Assembly: GCA_027604505.1 (NCBI GenBank)
Contig: JADIIX010000121.1
Location: 1-64,000 of the forward strand
Source: Gonapodya sp. JEL0774
Taxonomy: Eukaryota
Direction: 5' to 3'
Length of the DNA stretch: 64,000 nucleotides
The stretch's first letter is position 1, and each line of letters begins with the position of its first letter. Under the pieces are notes generated by a model. The model did not search any database. It had not been told where the DNA came from and saw only the letters and a list, made by a program, of their open reading frames with translations. The position numbers and the translations under genes are program-made. This document shows positions 37,419 to 52,600 of this stretch, piece after piece.

Positions 37419-40400
37419 ATGACCGATCCGGCCCAAATCAGATCCATTTTTGTTACCGCCCTTGAGCCTCTTTGCCGAGCATGCTGCTGCAAGGACGAAT
37501 CATCCGACCATGGCCGTTCATGCACGGCGTTGATGTCTTTCGCGGACCTTTGGACACTCCGTGCGGTCTGTAGAGCGGCGAAATCCGCGATTGATTCTCT
37601 TTTGCCTGAAAAAATTTCAAGGGAAAGATGGGCTCTTCGTCTCTGGGACGGAGGTGCTGGGGGCGAGTCAATTGCAACTTTGCGGGAGAGCGGCGAGACA
37701 GTGGACGAGGAGCGGGCCAATGCCAGAAGATCGCACAAGCATAACGCAGGTGAATTCAGATGCATTTCTGAGAAGCGATTCGCGATCGTGGCTGCTTTAT
37801 GTTCTAATCTCCCGATCACGCATTTATATTAAACACGCATGGGACCCGCAAAATAATCACCATTTTTGAAATAAAAGTATATCTCTTTGCTACGTCATAT
37901 GATGCAGTAGATTGTGCTTTCACTTTCCGCCCACAACCCCTCGGCGTTTGCTCAACTGCAACACCAGGGTGCGCCTCCCCGGCTTCCAACTCCTCTCTCC
38001 TTGCCTCTCTTGACGCTCACTCATTCCGTAGTCATCGACTCTTCTGGCGCTGTGAACTCGTGCGGCTCGGGCCTTCGACAACCTTCACCTCCCCTGCGAT
38101 CCTGGATGTTCTCCCGTGTCGCCGCTTGTCTCTCGAACATCCACTCACCTTCAACAACCCAATCGATACCCATTCCGACCATCTACCATTAAGTATTCAT
38201 CATCGGCGGGCCGTGAAACAGGCTGTTTCGTCGTCCCCTTTGAGTGTCTGGCGGGTTCCCGACGGGTCTGAGTGGGAATGTCGCCATGTCGTTGCCCCCG
38301 ACTTTGTTTTCAGTTACGGGTACGCTCCTACAGGGGTTAGACAAGTTGTGGCTTCTGGTGAGCCCTGGATGGGGGAGACTTCCGAGACTGGAGACAAAGA
38401 GCTGCCGGTGTTACTTGGGGGAAACTCTCGTGTTCCCAGTGAGTCTCTTCACAGACTAAGATGGGGTACATGATCCTCCAACTCTTCGCATTTTCGTGTT
38501 CGGAACATCTTTCTAGGGTATGATTTGTCGTGGTCATCACTCACAACCACTCCGACTACTGCTTGTCCGCCCTTCGGGTTGGATGAATTCAGTGCAGACT
38601 GTGCAACTCCTAATTCAAACACAATTGTTCAGCCACCGTCCTCTCCTACGCGATCCGTGCCATTTTTCGAAGATCATACCAGCAACATCACACGTTTCGA
38701 TCCATTGCCCTTGTCTCTCCTTTCAGACCCTCTTAGCCTGCCACGGCACTCCAACGCTCCCGTATCTTCTGCGTCAGTGCCCTTGCCGCAACCTATCCTT
38801 CCTTCCGCTACTGATGCATACATCGAGGTGCACGCTCTCTATGTCCGAGCTTCTCCATCTTTCCTGTTTGAAGGCGGGACAGCGGGTTTGGGGCGGCTAT
38901 TTTCACAAAAGGCGCTTAAAGATGCCGGAGGAGATTGGGTCTTGTCGGTGACACCAAGCAAAGTGAATGAGGATGATGTCACGAGTGGGGACAGCTACGA
39001 GGATATGTTTCAATCACGAACCATTTCAAAGTCCCATGGCTGCACTGGAGGTGTTCTCAAACCACTGCGCTCCGCACGACCAATGCATTGTACATCCAAA
39101 GTCATCCAATTCGCAGCAGATTCCACCAAACCCGTTGAGGTCGCCCGCATTTCGCTTCTCTCCGATGCACTCGTGTCTGTCACCCGAGTCGTTCTTCGCC
39201 TTGAAGCGTTTCTCTCCAGAGGTTCAAGTCCTGGGTGGGGGCGCTATGACGCGGTGCCACTAGAGTTGTCCTTGAACATCTCGACTGGAGGTGGACGAGG
39301 CAGTGCAACGGTGGATGGACTGCCGGAGTGTAATTTGTGTTGGGAGGCTGTGACGGTCAATGACACATGGGCGAATAGTTCTGAAGAGAGCATTTCAAAA
39401 AGTCGGGATGTGACCTGGGGGAAAGGAAGTTCGAGAAGGATCAGGACCGCGGACTCTTCAGCCAAAGTAATCTTATCTATCCGACTAACGGAAGTCACTC
39501 TGGACCCTTCGCACCTGCTGACTGCACGGGTGCCTTTGGTGATCCCGACAGACGGACGTGAAACTGCTCGGACGCCCTTTCTCATCCCTGTGTTCCCCCG
39601 CTCTCGATTAAATCATCTCCTCTCGACCGCACTGGGTACTGGTCTTTCACTTGTACAGTCCCACGCTTTGCTTACCCACTCAAATATTCAATGCCACCTT
39701 CTGGGTCTCTCCTCCGAGATTCCAACTTCTGAAATTTCAGATCCGACATTGCTTGCTCTCCTTCCTCACCTTCCTGCGCACACCCGGGACCGGCTCCGCA
39801 TTCGTGCTAAGTGTCTCCGCAGGCGCACTCGAAAGCTTGCGCGCGCAGCGTTTGATATCTGCATCGACCGGGGATGGCGGGCTGATGAGGTGGTGCGCGC
39901 TGGGTGCGAACGAGCAGCAGAATGGTACTGGTGTGCTGGTTGGGGTTTTGATCTAAGGAGAAAAATGGACGAATGGGATCCTATTGAGGTGGGATGGAGA
40001 CTTGCTGAAGTGGGACATGCCGGAGGCTGGGGTCTTCACGAAGTGAGCGATAACAAGGACAGTGAATCCCAAATGGCTTGTCCGGGGGCAGTTATTCTGG
40101 ACTCCATGGGGCACGGTGTAGAATTTCGTACCTCGCGTGAATATGCGGTCGGAAATGGGGCCCTGCCTGACAAGAACAGGCATTACAAGCATCTGGGGTA
40201 TATTCGATCAGTGGATATTTATGTGGAGAATGCAACATTAAACAGAGGAGGTGAACGTTTGGAGAAGGGGAACAAGCCTAGCATCGACGATGGTCGGTTA
40301 GAAGACTCCGCAGTTGGTGGACCTGAGGATGAACTCGGGAAAGAAAATGTTCCAGTGGTGGGCAAAGGGAATAAACGGTCATCGAGTGAGAGACTGAATG

Positions 40401-40450
40401 AGCTATCCAGCCTCAATCTAAATTCTTCGCAGAAGAGGAAAAGATTATGA
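37419..40450 (+). CDS. Hypothetical protein with possible degenerate F-box-like N-terminus
   Basis: 641-codon terminal ORF plus upstream exons. LMSFADLWTLRAVCRAAK resembles the end of an F-box; basic KRKRL C-terminus. Internal splicing not resolved. Confidence 0.5.
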
Positions 40451-40850
40451 GCATACTTCTTTCATAATTGTCTGATTCGCTGGAGTCACTAAGCATACTA
40501 CATACGAGATGGGACATAACAAAGGAAATCGGATAGTCCCTTCGAAACCTCGTGCGGCGGAAAGGCGTCTCCCTCCCACTGTCAAGAAAGGTACCGGCAT
40601 AAGCACGGTCGTGGTGTCTATACAATAAATAGGAGTCTAGGTGTGCAGGAACTAATGGCTCCTCCAGTACCTCATGCAAGATATCTTAATACGTTCGAAC
40701 TAACGTAGTTTTTGGAAGGATATCCAGAAATGGAACATTGTTGTAGGAGGAGCTGATTATCACAAATTCTATTCAAAATGCACATCCAAACACGGTGAGA
40801 TTGAGTGCCATGTAAATCAAGTTCAAAAGAATTTATAATCGTTTCGCCCA

Positions 40851-43177
40851 TCACTCCTCAATCTTTTTCTCCTTCGGAGTGGCAAGTCCAAGCTTCTCAG
40901 AAATTCCAACAGCTGTATCGGTGATAGATCCAGTGACAGCTGTAACATGATCGCCGGAAGAAAATCCTTGAGAATTATGTAGCAGTCTGGGACTTAAACG
41001 AATAACTCACTTTTCTTCGATAATTCCTCACTCCCCGCAGCACGGTCTCCTGTAATGACTTCCTTGGCAGCCTCCGTCGCAGCGACCTAAAAAAGATGAC
41101 ATGCGTCTCTAGACTCTAGCTCCACTCATATAAAATTTGCGAGTACTTACGGTAACTTCTCTAACTTTCTCTCCGACAAGCGAAATAAAACCTCCTGTTT
41201 GCTTGACAGTTTGGACACTTCCTTGAATGGCGATATCGGCAGTTTCAGCAGCTACTTGCGCAGTCCTTGCAGCTGTAACGTATGCCTACAGTTCAAAATA
41301 AGGTCAACAGAACAACCTGCACTATTCTTCAAAGTTGATAGACGTACCATGCCTGCAGCTTCCTTAGCTAACTCAGTTGCCCCGCCAGCAACACCAGCGG
41401 CAGTTTCATAAGCCTTGGTGCTACTATCAATGCTTGTTACTTATAAAAAATGAACTTAAGTAACTCACACGCCCGGCCATTGTTTTCGCTGTTGCAGTAG
41501 TTCCTTCAGCAGCGCCAGCTGCTGTCTCATATGCCTGCGCAGAAGAGCAAGATATGAGGTATGCCTGTTCTGAACAACACAAGCCACAACTCACCTCCCC
41601 GGCGACGTTCATTGCACCTTCCGATAGTTTTTGGGTAGTGTCGGCCGCTGTCTGATACGCTTGTCCCGCGATTTCCGAAGTCTTCATTACAGAGGAATAA
41701 CAACCTTTAGATCAAAGTACGGAACAGTGTAAAGAAGCAGACGACACAATAATCACCCCCGCAGCTGCACTCCTCGTAGCTTCTGCAGCAGTCACTGCCG
41801 CTTGGCTTGCTGTGTCGACGGCCCGGCCGGCAGCATTTCTCGCTGTCTCAGTAGCACCAGCATACGATTGCTCCGCGGACTCTGCGACCTACAGCAATGG
41901 AATAGTCGGTCAACCCGGTCATTAAGCATTCTCGAAACATGATACAATAAATAAAAAATTTCAACTCACGCGACCTGCAATGTGTCTTACACCGTCGTAA
42001 GCTTGTCCCGCAGTCTCAGTAGCTCTTCCCGCGACGTTACCGGCAGTGTCTGCGGCGGTGTCGTAAGTGCTTTGCGCAGTCTCGGCTGCGTGTCCGGCTA
42101 CGCTGCGTGCAGTATCTGCGGCGGTGCTGTAAGCCTGGCCTGCAGCTTCGGTAGTCCTTCCGGCTACCTGGCGAGTGGTGTCAGCGGCTGTGTTGTAGGC
42201 TTGGCCTGCAGCTTCAGTAGTCCTTCCCACTACCTGGCGAGTAGTGTCAGCGACGGTGTTGTAGGCTTGGCCTGCAGCTTCAGTAGTCCTTCCGGCTACC
42301 TGGCGAGTGGTGTCGGCCGCAGTATTGTAAGCCTGGGCGGCAGCTTCGGTAGTCCTTCCGGCTGCCTGGCGAGTGGTATCCGCGGCCGTAATGTAAGCTT
42401 GGCCCGCTGCCTCGGTGGTTCTCCCGGCTGCTTGGCGCGCGGTGTCTGCGGCGGTACTGTAAGCGTGGCCCGCGTTATTTCTTGCACTCGATGCATAATC
42501 TTGAGCAGTGTTGGCGACTTGTTGTGCTCCCCGCGAAGTAGCATTGTACATATCGCCGGTGGCTCCGGTACCACTACCTCCGGTTGTGTGACCAAATTGC
42601 TGAATTCAGGAGTTCCAGTAAGCGATCAATAATCCTCTTGGAGCAAACTTGCCGAGCGAGCAATGACGTCACTCACCCCACTCTCCGCACCACCGTAAGT
42701 TCTCCTCGTGGAAGTACCTGACTCGCCAGCTGTTGGGACTCCCTGAATATGCGCCGTTGCTCTGGCGTCGGAGCTTTCCTTCGTGGAGGACCTCTGGTTG
42801 TCGAGGGAGCTCTGCAAGAACGAAGAACGGTTGGATTAGGTCACCAAAAGAGAGAAAAAGAACAGAGAATATGTAGGACAGCAAACCTTTGTGGCTTGGT
42901 AAGTGGTTTGTCCAGCCTGGCGTGCGAGATCCTTGAAGTGGAAGAAAAGAAAAGAACGGATTAGCACACGTCAGCCCTCGTTGGAAGGTCTCTCGATCAA
43001 GAGTCCCCTGGTGGACAAGCAATGCTCTTGCCATCTCCAACACACTCGTAGTCTGTGTAGGTGTGCTCCAGCAAGCTCCCTTTCACTGCGGGCCACGCGG
43101 GCGGGGAAACTCACCTCCTTTGCAGATTCACTCCCACGGAGAGCAGCGTCTGTCTTAGAGGTGTCGCGGAGACTCAT
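40851..43177 (-). CDS. LEA group 3-like hydrophilic protein with 11/22-aa repeats, multi-exon
   Basis: Ala/Thr-rich repeats AAGQAYNTAADTTRQVAGRTTE. The downstream exons splice in frame to ...KEKKIEE* at 40851. Confidence 0.8.
41997..42524. repeat. Coding tandem repeat, 66-nt period, about 8 units
   Basis: GTA(A/G)G anchors at 41997, 42063, 42129, 42195, 42261, 42327, 42393 and 42459. Confidence 0.95.
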
Positions 43178-43474
43178 AATTTGCAATCTTTCTTGTTTGT
43201 AGGTGATGGAAAAGATGTAGGGAAATAATGGGCGCGGATACTTCTGGTTTGGAGTTTATAAGACAATGTCTCGAGTTTTTATAGGTGTTGACGTCATGAA
43301 CTCGTCAGTGCTGTGTCACACGATTGTCACATGCATTTCCAAACTCTATTTGTCCCTTAGTGAATATTCACGTGACGGCACGGGTACTTAGACAGAAGCA
43401 CAGGAAAGCGAGTAACATGTGCCACGGCGACATGAGATATGATTGAACCACCGACGAAGGATTGAATTCTGTCA

Positions 43475-43575
43475 CAATCGGGAACATTAAGACAATCAGA
43501 AATATTTCAATCGAGAACATTACGGCAATGGGGAGCACTATTACGATTAAGGAACAATCGCGAACATTCATTACG
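43475..43575. repeat. Degenerate short-repeat cluster CAATCGNGAACATT in a divergent intergenic region
   Basis: Copies begin at 43475, 43493, 43508, 43526 and 43555. Confidence 0.6.
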
Positions 43576-44093
43576 GTTAGGCAACTACATGTGCCCGGGA
43601 CACAGGTTTCATCAGCGTGCTTTGTACGCATCGATTATATGCTTCATTCCTCCGATCTGCCTTATTCGGGTAGCATGGTTCAAGGTGCCGCAATGGCTCC
43701 CGATTGCTCGCCTCGGAGACGGACCGCTCCTGCATTCGAACTTATGAATCTTCAGATCTCCACTGCATTGTGTCGCTTTGTTTCCTCCTAGTAAACGTGA
43801 TCGTTCTGTATTGCGTTAAACGGAAGGACATTCCAATGAAGTGGTGAGGTACTGTGAGGTCCTGTACCCCGTTTCGGGCTCACATGTCATGTTTAGACTT
43901 TAATATTCAAAGGATGTACAAATTGCTGTCGAATCCGTTCGTTCTTTCTGATAAAGATGTAGTGCAGTGTTGTCTTGAGGTTGATCAAGTTTGTCCGTCA
44001 ATTTTGTGTTTATTGTTAGTTGGGCGATTGGAGTGCCTGGCGCGTGCATGCGTGCGTGCTCCCACGATCCGACTCTTTGAATCCATCAACAAT

Positions 44094-47000
44094 ATGACCG
44101 TATCCGCATCTGCTCTTCCATTTCCACTTCCACCTGTTTACTTTAACGACATCAATTCGAATTCCGTTGACGGGACTTCTCAACTTCCCACTCTCCCCTC
44201 CCTCTGTCGCCAACTGGACGTCGTCCGTGCTCTGCTTGATGATGGCCTCCTGGATTCAGCTTCTCTTGTCGCGGAAATGGCTACAGCTGCGCTAGCAGTG
44301 TACGCTGCAAAACCAGTTTTGTTCAGCACAAATGGCGGAATCGCGACTTCTGCGGGTCTTGTGGACAGTTCATCGTCTGTGTTCAACTCTGGATCTGAGT
44401 GGGGCGGCACCTCGTCATCTCATAATCAAACTGCAGATGTAAGTTCAAGGAATCTTAGTGGAAGGACTATTTCGCCCACTGCTGAGGCTAGCAAAGACAA
44501 CGACGTCGTCATCGTAGGATTCATTGTATGGAGATAAGGCATATATTATTCCCGATAAACATCGACGGACTATGCTCACCGCAAACTATCAACCATGCCA
44601 CAACGCACCTACCTCCGTCCCCATAATCGCGACCACCAGGTCCAGTCTTCAATCGCACTTGGTCATCCGCCTGCCATATTATACCTGTTTGCTTTGTCCC
44701 TTGTTACCTCTGGCGAGGCTCTTGCAAGCCTGAAGAGACACCGGTCTGCCATATCCACACTGCAACGTGCCGTGGAAGTACTTAACTCGCTATTGAAACA
44801 TCTACCGCAAAATCCAGGACGTCAAGGTGGTGCGCAAGCCAATGGAATGGGCTTAGCTGGCAGTGAACTCGCCGACAACAGTGAAGGTGCAACTTCGTCT
44901 GGGCATCCACAAGTCCTAGAAGTATCTGGGCCCTTTGGGACCTCCTCCCAACGTCCATCCACTTCTTCCTCTCCCACAGATACCATACATGCTCTATTGA
45001 TCCGCACTAAAGAGCTGTGTGCGACGTCCGAGGCGGAAGTCGGTGATTGGACTCAGTGCTCTCACACTGTGAGTTCCCAGGCCTCGATATCCTAATCGGC
45101 TCATTTCATTCACGTTGGAGTATGTGTCAGCTCCAATCAATCCCCGAGCACGAGCGTTCTGTTCGTGTTCTCAGACTACTCGCCAGGGTAGCTGACCGCT
45201 TAAACGACACTCGGTAAGAATCCGTAGTTCCCTGACCCCGGTACCATGAAGTCCATAATGCTCCCACGCCGTTGGCCTCTCAATTATCGCCTCAATTTCT
45301 TTTAATTCCCCAACCGCCAAAACGCCACGCTTGGGCCGTACAGCCTCGCCTACAACACGCACCTCTCAATCCTAAATCGACACCCGTACGCTCTCGAATC
45401 CTACTCTGCCCTCGCCCGCATCGCCCAACACACCGGTCAAGAGGCCTTTGTTCGACTTGGCGGATCGGTGCCCGTGACTTCAACTCTTCTTCATTCCGAA
45501 AGAGGCTCTGGGTCCGGTGTTGGCACCTGGCGAGGCGAATTTCAGCTCCCTGGAAGAAAGATCAAGCCCACACGTGCTCCTGTTGGGCCAAATCGTCCTC
45601 CTGTGAGTGTATTGGAGGCAGTGCAACCAACAGCGGACGCACCGCCTGTGCTTGGGGTGGCCGATATGGAAGATCTGGGATTGTTCAAAGACGTCCCCCG
45701 AGTTCGGGAGCGATTGGCCAAGGCGAAGGAGGATGTGGAATGGTGCACCAGCTACGTATCTGCGGAAGCACGGATGTCGGAGGGTGGCTGGGATCGTGAG
45801 TGGCCTCGTGCAATCCAACCCAAAAAGTCTTATCTTTGAATGCAGCTGCTGCCCATTCGTCGTTCACCCATAAATCCGTATCTCGAAACACTCTAGGGGC
45901 ACTCAAGTTGTTGTCTTCCCTGAATCGGTCGTATCCGGATTGCATTCCTCTGCATGCAGCAATGTCCGAATGCGAGTACCAACTTGGCAGGATTCAGGGC
46001 GCCTGGCAAGGGGCTATGAGGGTGCGCTAGCAGTACTTGTATCCTTCTGTGCACCAGATCTTTTGACCTATTAAATTGAAAGTAGATTCGGCAGCTGGAT
46101 AAACATGCGGTCGACTTCATGGACAGGTATGCTGATATGCTTTTTGCACAAAAAGATCTTGTGAAACTCAACTTGTGAGTATTGACATGCTTCTGGGATA
46201 AGAGACGTGGTGAATAACAGAATACATGGTTTGCGTCTCAGGCTTTCGACCTCCGTATCCAATTCTTGCCCTCAACCTCCCCCACATACACCCATCCCCT
46301 CGTATATTTTCTCCCGCTACTGTGACCTTCGTGCCACATTCGCCGCCCAACACCCAGAGCAACAGCATCCCGGAGAGTCCGATGAGTCCAAAACAGACGA
46401 GACTGGATGGAGGGAGAGGACAGCATCGTATGCGAACCGATGCACAGAGGGATACGGTGCGACGTGGGCTGGCGGATGGGCGCTAAAGGGTTGGTGTTGT
46501 ATGCGAGGCCGCACGACATATTTGCAAGGGGAGTGCTAACCGTCAATCGTCAGGGGCACTCGCTTTAGAACATGGAAAGTATGACGACGCGGTGAGATTC
46601 TACGCGAAGGCTAGACGATGGGGAGGAGCGATGGACATTGGTGTCTTGCAAGGTACGACTTAGGTCCAACACGCCGCGAGTGCTACCAATTGACATTGGC
46701 TGTTCCAGGTCTCGCCACTGCATATCTTCACCAAAAGCACTGGGTTAACGTGTCACGGCTGGTGGCTGATGTTCATCGTGTCATGCCCAATAACCCACGA
46801 GCCCTTGTCGTGGTAGGGGTGGTAAGAACCTCCATGGCTATGAACTTGAGTGCCGGCAGTGCAGATCGAGAGAAGGAGGAGGTGAGCGGGAGCTCTTCTG
46901 AACCGGGAGGAAGTTGCTGCATCTTTCCCCTACACCCTTCCACAGGCAGTTGAAGTGCTTAAACGTGCACTCGAGCTAGATTCGACATCTGTAGAGGTTG

Positions 47001-47430
47001 TCGTTGCTCTGTCGTCCGCATATATCAACGCCGGTAAAGTCAAGGAGGCAATCGCAATGTTGGTTTGCATTTGAAGTGGTGGCTACTCGCCTTGGGCAGT
47101 GTAACTGTTGGTTTCTACCATTTTATTGCAGGTTGGAAACGAACTTGCGGAATCACACCACAGAATTCATGCAGTAAGGCTTTATATTTTGTGTTGCCGG
47201 AGATGGACTTTGTGACCAAACATGAAACCATTCTTCTCACATTCAGTGTGCGACTGGGTGATGTTCTTGCGCTCGACGGCCAAACGGCACGGGCAATTGA
47301 GTATTACAACCGAGCCTTGCGTCTTGACCCGGCGTCAGAAGCTGCACGCAACGGCCTCAAGCGACTTGAGGAGCAAGATCGTGACGCTATGGGTGATCTT
47401 CCTCTGAATGCTGAGGGTATGGACGAATGA
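44094..47430 (+). CDS. APC7: Anaphase-promoting complex subunit 7 (TPR protein), multi-exon
   Basis: N-terminal LDVVRALLDDGLLDSASLV; LQSIPEHERSVR; IRQLDKHAVDFMDRYADML; C-terminal RLGDVLAL...AIEYYNRALRLDPASEAARNGLKRLE plus acidic tail, as in ANAPC7. Confidence 0.75.
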
Positions 47431-47706
47431 CCTTGCAATATGATCAGAGTGTAATATTCCATTTGTGAAGTTCAGGGTGGAAATTAACACCGAGGAGAAG
47501 ATATTCGCGTGTTTCTGCTCACCTATTGAAGCCATTGATGAATGACTTTGAGAGTGTGGAGTCATTTCCAAACTTAGGAGTGATTTCATTGCCTTTCAGT
47601 GCCGTGGACTGGCTGTCCGCAGAACTGTGCACATTCCCTTATAGAAAATCCTATTCAAACGTTCAAGCGGACCCACGGACGAGAAGAGTCGAGCATAGAG
47701 TCAACC

Positions 47707-49315
<1,609 letters not shown>

Positions 49316-49634
49316 CACTTGACAACGGCCCAAACTTCAATCACTCGAGTCGTATTATATGCATGCATATCAGCTTTATGTACACTGTTTGGCATCTGTG
49401 ACGAAATGTTCTCCTCCCCTACACAAGGGAGACCTTCAAGCGCACTCATATAACAATGACTTTCCAGAAAGTGTACCAGAACTATAATACGATGTAATTC
49501 AGTTGAGATTCTCTCACCGCTTGTCAGAAAAGACACCCAAACTCTTATAACAGCCAAGGCTACAATGCTCTTCTAGCGTAAAAAAGACACCTAGAGATAT
49601 ACTACGCAGCATCTTAATAAACCTCAATGAACTG

Positions 49635-52600
49635 CTATCGTCTCGTTATGCTGGGAGCTCCACGCGACAAGAGCGGCTGCGTGCTCATCACGCCACCTGC
49701 AGACTCCACATGACTGCATGACACCATCGGGTTCTCCACTGACTTCCAGTACCCGGGCATGAAAGATGTCCTTGACTTTGGTTTCTCTGGCGGTGTCCTC
49801 CCGGAAGACGCAGATCCAGTTCCTGTCCTCGCCACTGGCACCCCTCGGGCATTCACTGGCACTCCATTCCCGCTCTTTCCAGAAGATGTCCTGCCAACAT
49901 CTCCCTGACCCATTGGTCCCACCGAGACAACTAAATTGCGGTTCCGTGCGAGCGATTCGATGCATCGACGGCACATCCCTAGCGAGAACTTCAAGGCAAG
50001 CAGCCTGGCGGCTCTCAGGAAGAGCACTCGGACGTTTTCCGGTACAGGCATCGAGGCCAGAAGCTCTGAGCCACCTTCACCCAAGTTCGGAGGCGAGCTT
50101 GAGCCCATGCGCGGAGACATGCTCAAAGCTGTTGCGCTGGTGACGAGGACAGAAGCGATCAATCCAGGGGAAGCAGTTGCCGGAAGAGCTCCATTTGGAC
50201 CTCCAATTGGCGCAGGGGGGCGGGAGGCACTAGGACTGTCGGGTGTTTCGACTGCAATTACGTTGTTGCCGATTGTTTCAACCCAGATTCTACAGACCCG
50301 AGTGAGTCTCTGTAGAACAAGTGGCCATCGAGAAGAAGATCGACTGCTTCCGACATCCTCGAGCTTCAGATGAGGCTCAATGTTGTCTAACAGTTCATCT
50401 AGCAGTTTGCGAAGCCAGTCGAGCCCGGCGGCCAACCACCGGTCCCTCTCCTGCACGAGTAACGGGGAGACTTGTCCGGGTGAGGCCGAACGAAACAGCT
50501 GATCAATCGCCATAGCGCCGGCAATGTACGATCTCGCGATTGTCAACAACCGCATAATCTTAGTATCATCTAGGCGACGATCCTTCTTCTGGATCTCCGT
50601 AATGGTGTTCCCAGGTGCACCAGTACTCATTCCGAGTGATGATGCTTCTTTGTGTCCCTCCATAAGCCGATATCGAACCCTCTCAACAATTTCGTCGGTC
50701 TCCTTCGGTGTCAGAGAGACCCCGTCTCCAAGGAGCGCACCTTTCATAGATCCCACAACCTCTTCCAGGGCAGTAATTTGCCCCCTGTCCACACGGTCCA
50801 CGTCCTGGCTCTGCATTTGCAAGCGACTTCTAGAGCTACTTGGTGGCGACGTTGCTGAATCCAGGGACCTTAAAATTGGGTCAGGTTGAATGCCAATTTT
50901 CCTGAATATGGCCAATTGCTCAGTTGGTAACAGTTGCGACGCAGAGTACGGTTGACTGCTTCCCCGTTTGGGATAAGGTGCGTCCATGGAAGCTCGTCCA
51001 TACGGGTCTATATCGGCTCCACCAAAACGCAACGCCCGCGCTCTGGGATCCAAAAGCGTTGCCTCAGCTACAAACGCACTGAGGAGGATGTCGCACGCCG
51101 CCACGGAAATGTTGATCTTTGCAGCGTCTTTCCACAAAAAGTGGAAGTCCTCGCCCGATTCGGCACCTCCGCCGGACCCCGCACCAAAGGCCTTGTTTGG
51201 CTCCCTCGTGGTGCTTGAGCCTCTTAGGTCCGCAGCGTTGTGAACCTCACGACCCCCTGGCACTGTGGGTGCGGACGGATTGCGATTAACACCCTGTCGA
51301 GAAGGCACATACAACCGGATGTAGAAAAACATGGAACCGAGGGGATTAGAGAGAGCGATGAAAGAGTTGCCTGCGCAAAATTCGCGAGATCACATGGAAC
51401 GCGATAAGGCATCAAAACAGAAAGTTAAAAATAAGAATAAGGAGTGCCGGTGCGAACTCATTCCTTCATCAACGTGGAAAAACAACCCACCTAAGTTTGC
51501 GGCAGAAGCCGCAACACCCAGCCAATCTCCAATTCTACTCGCCACATACCATTGATCCATTAAGTAGCTCACACCACTCATCGCGACTTTGACAGCCAAT
51601 CTCGCGGCAGGTAATGGCCTTGGCCGCCTTTGCACCTCGTACGACGCCGCTGCTGAGGCTCCGTTAGAGAGCACTTCCTCTTCGTCTGATCCTGCTAACT
51701 CTTCTTCCCTGAGCGGCGGAAATCCAGGTACCACCCCGTCTTCGATGGGGTACACCGGTGCGCGAGGCCCCTGCGACGCAACACCGCTAACGTCATCGCC
51801 CGCTGCAACGTCCTCTGGCACACATCGAGACCACAAACGCTCTGGGCCCAGCACAAGCTCCCCAGCCGTTTTCCCCCACTGCACAAGTGCGCCCCCTAAA
51901 TTTCCCTTCTCTCGTGTCTCCGACAATCGATCTCCGCATGCCTTGAACAATTCGATCGCCTCTCTCCGATTCTTAATGACCAGCCGCAATCGTCCCATCC
52001 CCTCGTACGCCGTAGCCAAGTGTGAGTGACAGATCCCTCTCAATCGGGCAATGGTGGCCAAGGTGGCATCAGTGTGCGCGTTCGCCTGCTGAGCGGCCGT
52101 GAGCGGTCTCACGACCGCCGTTGCCTGCCTGGTTACACCCGCTGCAGCAACCACTCCTTTGCCAACACTCGCTACTCGCCGGGGCAGTCCTTTGTTCGCC
52201 TCGGTAGCGCCAGCAGTAGTTTTGCCCCCCCCAGTTACATCTTTCCCCTCGTCTTTCGCTTGAGCAGCAAGCGAATCCTGATGAGCCTCCGCAAGTGGCT
52301 CCCATGTATCTAGTGTATCGATGGCACGCTGATGACAGTGGATCGCCTCCTCGTGGAAACCAGCTGTAGACAGAGCATAGCCAATGTGCGTCCATGCACG
52401 CGCTCGCGCATTGAGGGTTACACGGTGAAGAAAGAGAAGCTTGAACGGTTTGTCGGGGGAGGGTTGACCAGGTGCTGATGCTGCAGCACCCACTGGTGGA
52501 GGGGTCCCTGGTGTGCTCGAGGCGGATGTTGAGCCCGCTGACCCACCAGATTGTGCACCCCCTTGCTCTTTTGGTAAGACTGGTGCTGGGAACTGCCTCA

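Noticed and set aside
41997..42524. CRISPR-like periodicity
   Set aside because: No unique spacers; variation preserves codons; eukaryotic coding repeat with no cas genes.
41982..42632. 216-aa plus-strand ORF with repeats
   Set aside because: Antisense shadow of the LEA repeat; the repeat simply lacks stops in that frame.
43462..43791. 109-aa ORF in the LEA/APC7 intergenic region
   Set aside because: Non-ATG start and repeat-derived sequence with no protein family signal.
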